A model generated the notes under the pieces. It searched no databases and was not told where the DNA came from. It worked only from the letters and a program-made list of their open reading frames with translations. Below are positions 24,911 to 27,313 of a DNA stretch of 27,313 nucleotides, piece by piece (the stretch's first letter is position 1; every line of letters begins with the position of its first letter). The stretch spans positions 1 through 27,313 of the forward strand of contig DATFXM010000021.1 in the NCBI GenBank assembly GCA_035315885.1, read 5' to 3'. The stretch is from Blastocatellia bacterium (GTDB lineage: Bacteria; Acidobacteriota; Blastocatellia; UBA7656). A program made the position numbers and the translations under genes.

Positions 24911-27136
24911 ATGAGCCGAAACGATTTCCCATCGATAATTCCTCTCCTCGTGTTTGGGGTTATAGGATTTCTGATTCTTCTGACGATCCTGCGAAGGATT
25001 CTAGTCAACGTTGGCGGTCGAGAGATCGCAATCAAGGAGCGGCGCTACATCGGAAGTCGCATGCCTCCGGGCCGGGTCGTTGCGATTGAAGGCGAGATAG
25101 GAATCCAGGCCTACGTGCTCAAACCAGGCCTGCACGTAATTAAATGGCCGTTCGAACGCGTGCTCCAAAAGTATCCTCTGGTAGAGATTGGCCCCGACGA
25201 AATCGGAGTGATCGAAGCGATCGACGGCGAGCCTATGCCCACAGGCCGATTCCTCGCGCCTGATCGAGCGGAGAACGCCCATAACAATTTTCAGGACCCC
25301 GTAGCCTTTATCGAGCGAGGCGGCATAAAGGGCGTGCAGCTCCGCACGCTCCCGCCGGGTCTCTGGCCGATACACCCTTACCTCTTCCGCGTATCGATGG
25401 CAAAGGTAACCGTTGTCCCGCAGGGTAAGGTGGGTGTTGTCAGCGCTGCCGACGGCGGCCCACTGGATCAGGGACGGCTGCTCGCGAAGGCCATTAAGGG
25501 TCACCGGAACTTCCAGGACGCCGAAGAGTTCATCTCGTCGGGCGGCCAGAAGGGTCCCCAAGTCGAAGTATTGACACCCGGGACCTATCGTATCCTAACG
25601 GACTCGATTCCCCTCGACGGACGCAACGAACGCAGGCCCGGGTTGTTTGCGGTCCGTTTGTTCGACGCCAGCATTATCTCCGAGAACCAGATTGGACTAG
25701 TTGAAGCTCTGGATGGCTCGCCGCTCGATCCGCGAGACTACGTCGCAACTCAGGTTGCCGGTCACGACAATTTTCAGGACGGATTCGAGTTCATCAACGC
25801 AGGCGGCCAGCGTGGACCGCAGAAGGACATCCTTCTCCCCGGCACCTATTACGTCAATCCGCTGATGTTCAAGGTCATACCTGAAACGGCTAAGGAGGTG
25901 AAGCCCGGCGAAGTCGCGGTAGTGGTTTCGAACGTCGGCAAAGATCCGTCCGAGGAAGTACGCCGAGCGATGGCCGCCAAGGTACGCGAGCGGCTTGAAC
26001 GCGAGGAACAGGAACAGATGGCTCAGGCTGCGGCCCGGCTGGACAAGATAGACCGGGAGGACAAGACCGTTCAGGAGATTAAAGAAGACCTGGCGCTGGC
26101 AGATCCGGCCGATCAACGGCTGGATGAAGGGGCGCACGAGGCCTACGTCGTCCCGGACGGCTTCCGCGGAATTCAGGAGATGGTTGTTGGGCCGGGACGC
26201 TACTACGTCAATACGCTGGCAGTGACTCCCATCGTGATACCCACGACCAACCAGACGGTCGAGTGGACATCCGGCGAAGTCCAGAACACCTTCAATCCAT
26301 TCGAGGTGATTTCTAAGGACGGCTTCTCGATGCAGTTGGAAGTGCGCGTAGTGTTTAGGGTCAAACCCGAAGACGCACCGTTCATGGTTGCCAAGATCGG
26401 TTCGGTGGATCGGCTTATACAAAACGTCATGCATCCACTGATCGACTCGATATTCAGAAACCAGGCTTCTGAGTCTTCGGCAATGGCGTATCTCCAGAAC
26501 CGGCACGAAGAACAGGAGCGCGCGGAAGCACGAGTTCGAGCGCACCTGTTGAAGTATCACGTGGACGTTGTGAACGTTTTGATCTGCCACATTCACTTGC
26601 CGGAAGAGTTGATGAAGACTCAGACGGAGAAGATCCTGGCGGAACAGAGACAGAATATGTACAACGCCCAACGGGAAGCCGAGGAGAAACGCATACAGCT
26701 TGAGAGGACGAAAGCTCACGCCGACAATCAGCGGGATCTGATGGCGGCAACTGTAGGCGTGGAGATTGCGGGCAAGCGAGCCGAGCAGCGCAAGAACGAA
26801 GCTGACGGCGAGGCTCACTATATCCTGGCGACCGGTAAGGCAGAGGCCGAAAAGGTCAGGCTTATGGGTGAGGCGCAAGGCGTTGCCTACAACGAGCAGG
26901 TTCGTGCTTTGGGTGCTTCTGGTGTCGCGCTGGTTGAGACGCTGAAGGTCATTGGCGAAAAGAACGTTCGAATTACTCCGGACGTGATGGCGACCGGCGG
27001 GGGAGCCGAGGGCGGTGGCGGCGGCATCGGAACTCTGCTGCTGTTGAACCTCTTCAGAGATCGCCTGGGACTCGAGAACGACAACGGCTCGAAGATGGTT
27101 CCAGTTCCGGTCCCGGTGAAATCCTCCAAGCCGTGA
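24911..27136 (+). CDS. Flotillin-family (SPFH/band-7, FloT/YqiK-like) protein with an expanded array of SPFH N-terminal beta-hairpin repeats
   Basis: 741 aa. N-terminal membrane hairpin. Three clear tandem ~80-aa repeats (each H-x-NFQD-x3-F-I-x2-GG-x-(K/R)G-x-Q-x3-L-x-PG-x-Y), flanked by an N-terminal ~60-aa SPFH-like copy and a degenerate copy downstream. A coiled-coil region follows, then the SPFH core (FSMQLEVRVVFRV) and a flotillin C-terminus (KAEAEKVRL...GGGAEGGGGG). AAGAGG RBS. Confidence 0.75.
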   Translation: MSRNDFPSIIPLLVFGVIGFLILLTILRRILVNVGGREIAIKERRYIGSRMPPGRVVAIEGEIGIQAYVLKPGLHVIKWPFERVLQKYPLVEIGPDEIGVIEAIDGEPMPTGRFLAPDRAENAHNNFQDPVAFIERGGIKGVQLRTLPPGLWPIHPYLFRVSMAKVTVVPQGKVGVVSAADGGPLDQGRLLAKAIKGHRNFQDAEEFISSGGQKGPQVEVLTPGTYRILTDSIPLDGRNERRPGLFAVRLFDASIISENQIGLVEALDGSPLDPRDYVATQVAGHDNFQDGFEFINAGGQRGPQKDILLPGTYYVNPLMFKVIPETAKEVKPGEVAVVVSNVGKDPSEEVRRAMAAKVRERLEREEQEQMAQAAARLDKIDREDKTVQEIKEDLALADPADQRLDEGAHEAYVVPDGFRGIQEMVVGPGRYYVNTLAVTPIVIPTTNQTVEWTSGEVQNTFNPFEVISKDGFSMQLEVRVVFRVKPEDAPFMVAKIGSVDRLIQNVMHPLIDSIFRNQASESSAMAYLQNRHEEQERAEARVRAHLLKYHVDVVNVLICHIHLPEELMKTQTEKILAEQRQNMYNAQREAEEKRIQLERTKAHADNQRDLMAATVGVEIAGKRAEQRKNEADGEAHYILATGKAEAEKVRLMGEAQGVAYNEQVRALGASGVALVETLKVIGEKNVRITPDVMATGGGAEGGGGGIGTLLLLNLFRDRLGLENDNGSKMVPVPVPVKSSKP

Positions 27137-27158
27137 CCTGACTCAACAGGACATTGAG

Positions 27159-27207
27159 GAGCAAAAAGAGTAGGGCCGCAATTTACAAAGAGTAATTGCG
27201 GCCCTAC
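27159..27207 (-). terminator. Bidirectional hairpin terminator (strong for the downstream minus-strand gene)
   Basis: 14-bp perfect stem GTAGGGCCGCAATT / AATTGCGGCCCTAC. On the minus strand it is followed by TCTTTTTGCTCC. Confidence 0.65.
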
Positions 27208-27240
27208 GTCTCAGTAAGCTTGCGGTGAAAGCGTTCGTCA

Positions 27241-27313
27241 GCGGCCCAGCACGTCGACCAGCTCTTGAACCGCGGCGGCTGAACGGTTGAGAGACGCGCG
27301 CTCGTCGGTGCTC
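27241..27313 (-). CDS. 3' end of an unidentified minus-strand gene (partial, runs off the window)
   Basis: Open frame ending ...STDERASLNRSAAAVQELVDVLGR with stop (TGA) at 27241-27243, ~35 nt upstream of the terminator hairpin on the same strand. Confidence 0.3.

Noticed and set aside
24874-25089. 71-aa ORF overlapping the 3' end of the 24218 gene and the flotillin start
   Set aside because: It sits out of frame across two better-supported genes, is Ser/Arg/Asp low-complexity, and has no RBS.

Overview
This is a ~27.3 kb, GC-rich (~58%) bacterial chromosomal segment. The gene content, especially a ~1000-aa TonB-dependent receptor with an N-terminal carboxypeptidase-regulatory-like domain and several TPR/M48 envelope proteins, suggests Acidobacteriota. 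The window holds ~24 protein genes and no rRNA, tRNA or CRISPR. In order they are: ettA (ABC-F); a thioredoxin-like [2Fe-2S] ferredoxin overlapping rnhA; a GNAT-like protein; a duplicated-motif membrane protein; msrQ and msrP; an NAD-aldehyde dehydrogenase; a HAD phosphatase; a macrodomain–Nudix–trmL overlapping triplet; a secreted M48 peptidase; a zinc-ribbon/LiaF-like protein; a CarbopepD/TPR protein; a TPR–M48 membrane protease; egtD directly coupled to a betaine-type ABC transporter (CBS-less ATPase plus fused permease–SBP, the EgtUV architecture); an OmpA-like lipoprotein; the CarbopepD–TonB receptor; and a small membrane protein followed by a 741-aa flotillin carrying an inserted array of SPFH beta-hairpin repeats. 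The most striking non-coding signal is a family of at least 8 intergenic palindromic elements. Their arms are tandem 7-mers ((GAGTTCT)n / (AGAACTC)n, or the variants GGTTTCT, GCTGAGT, GTAGGCA, GTTTAGG). The 7-mer sequence differs between copies, but the two arms of any one copy always match each other. The elements sit after stop codons, abut start codons, and lie inside two operons (msrP–msrQ, and the ABC ATPase–permease pair). Two of them (19.4 kb and 24.0 kb) share a GGAGATGAGG-rich core. The second lead is the egtD–EgtUV-like transporter operon, which implies hercynine/ergothioneine handling without egtB/C/E nearby.
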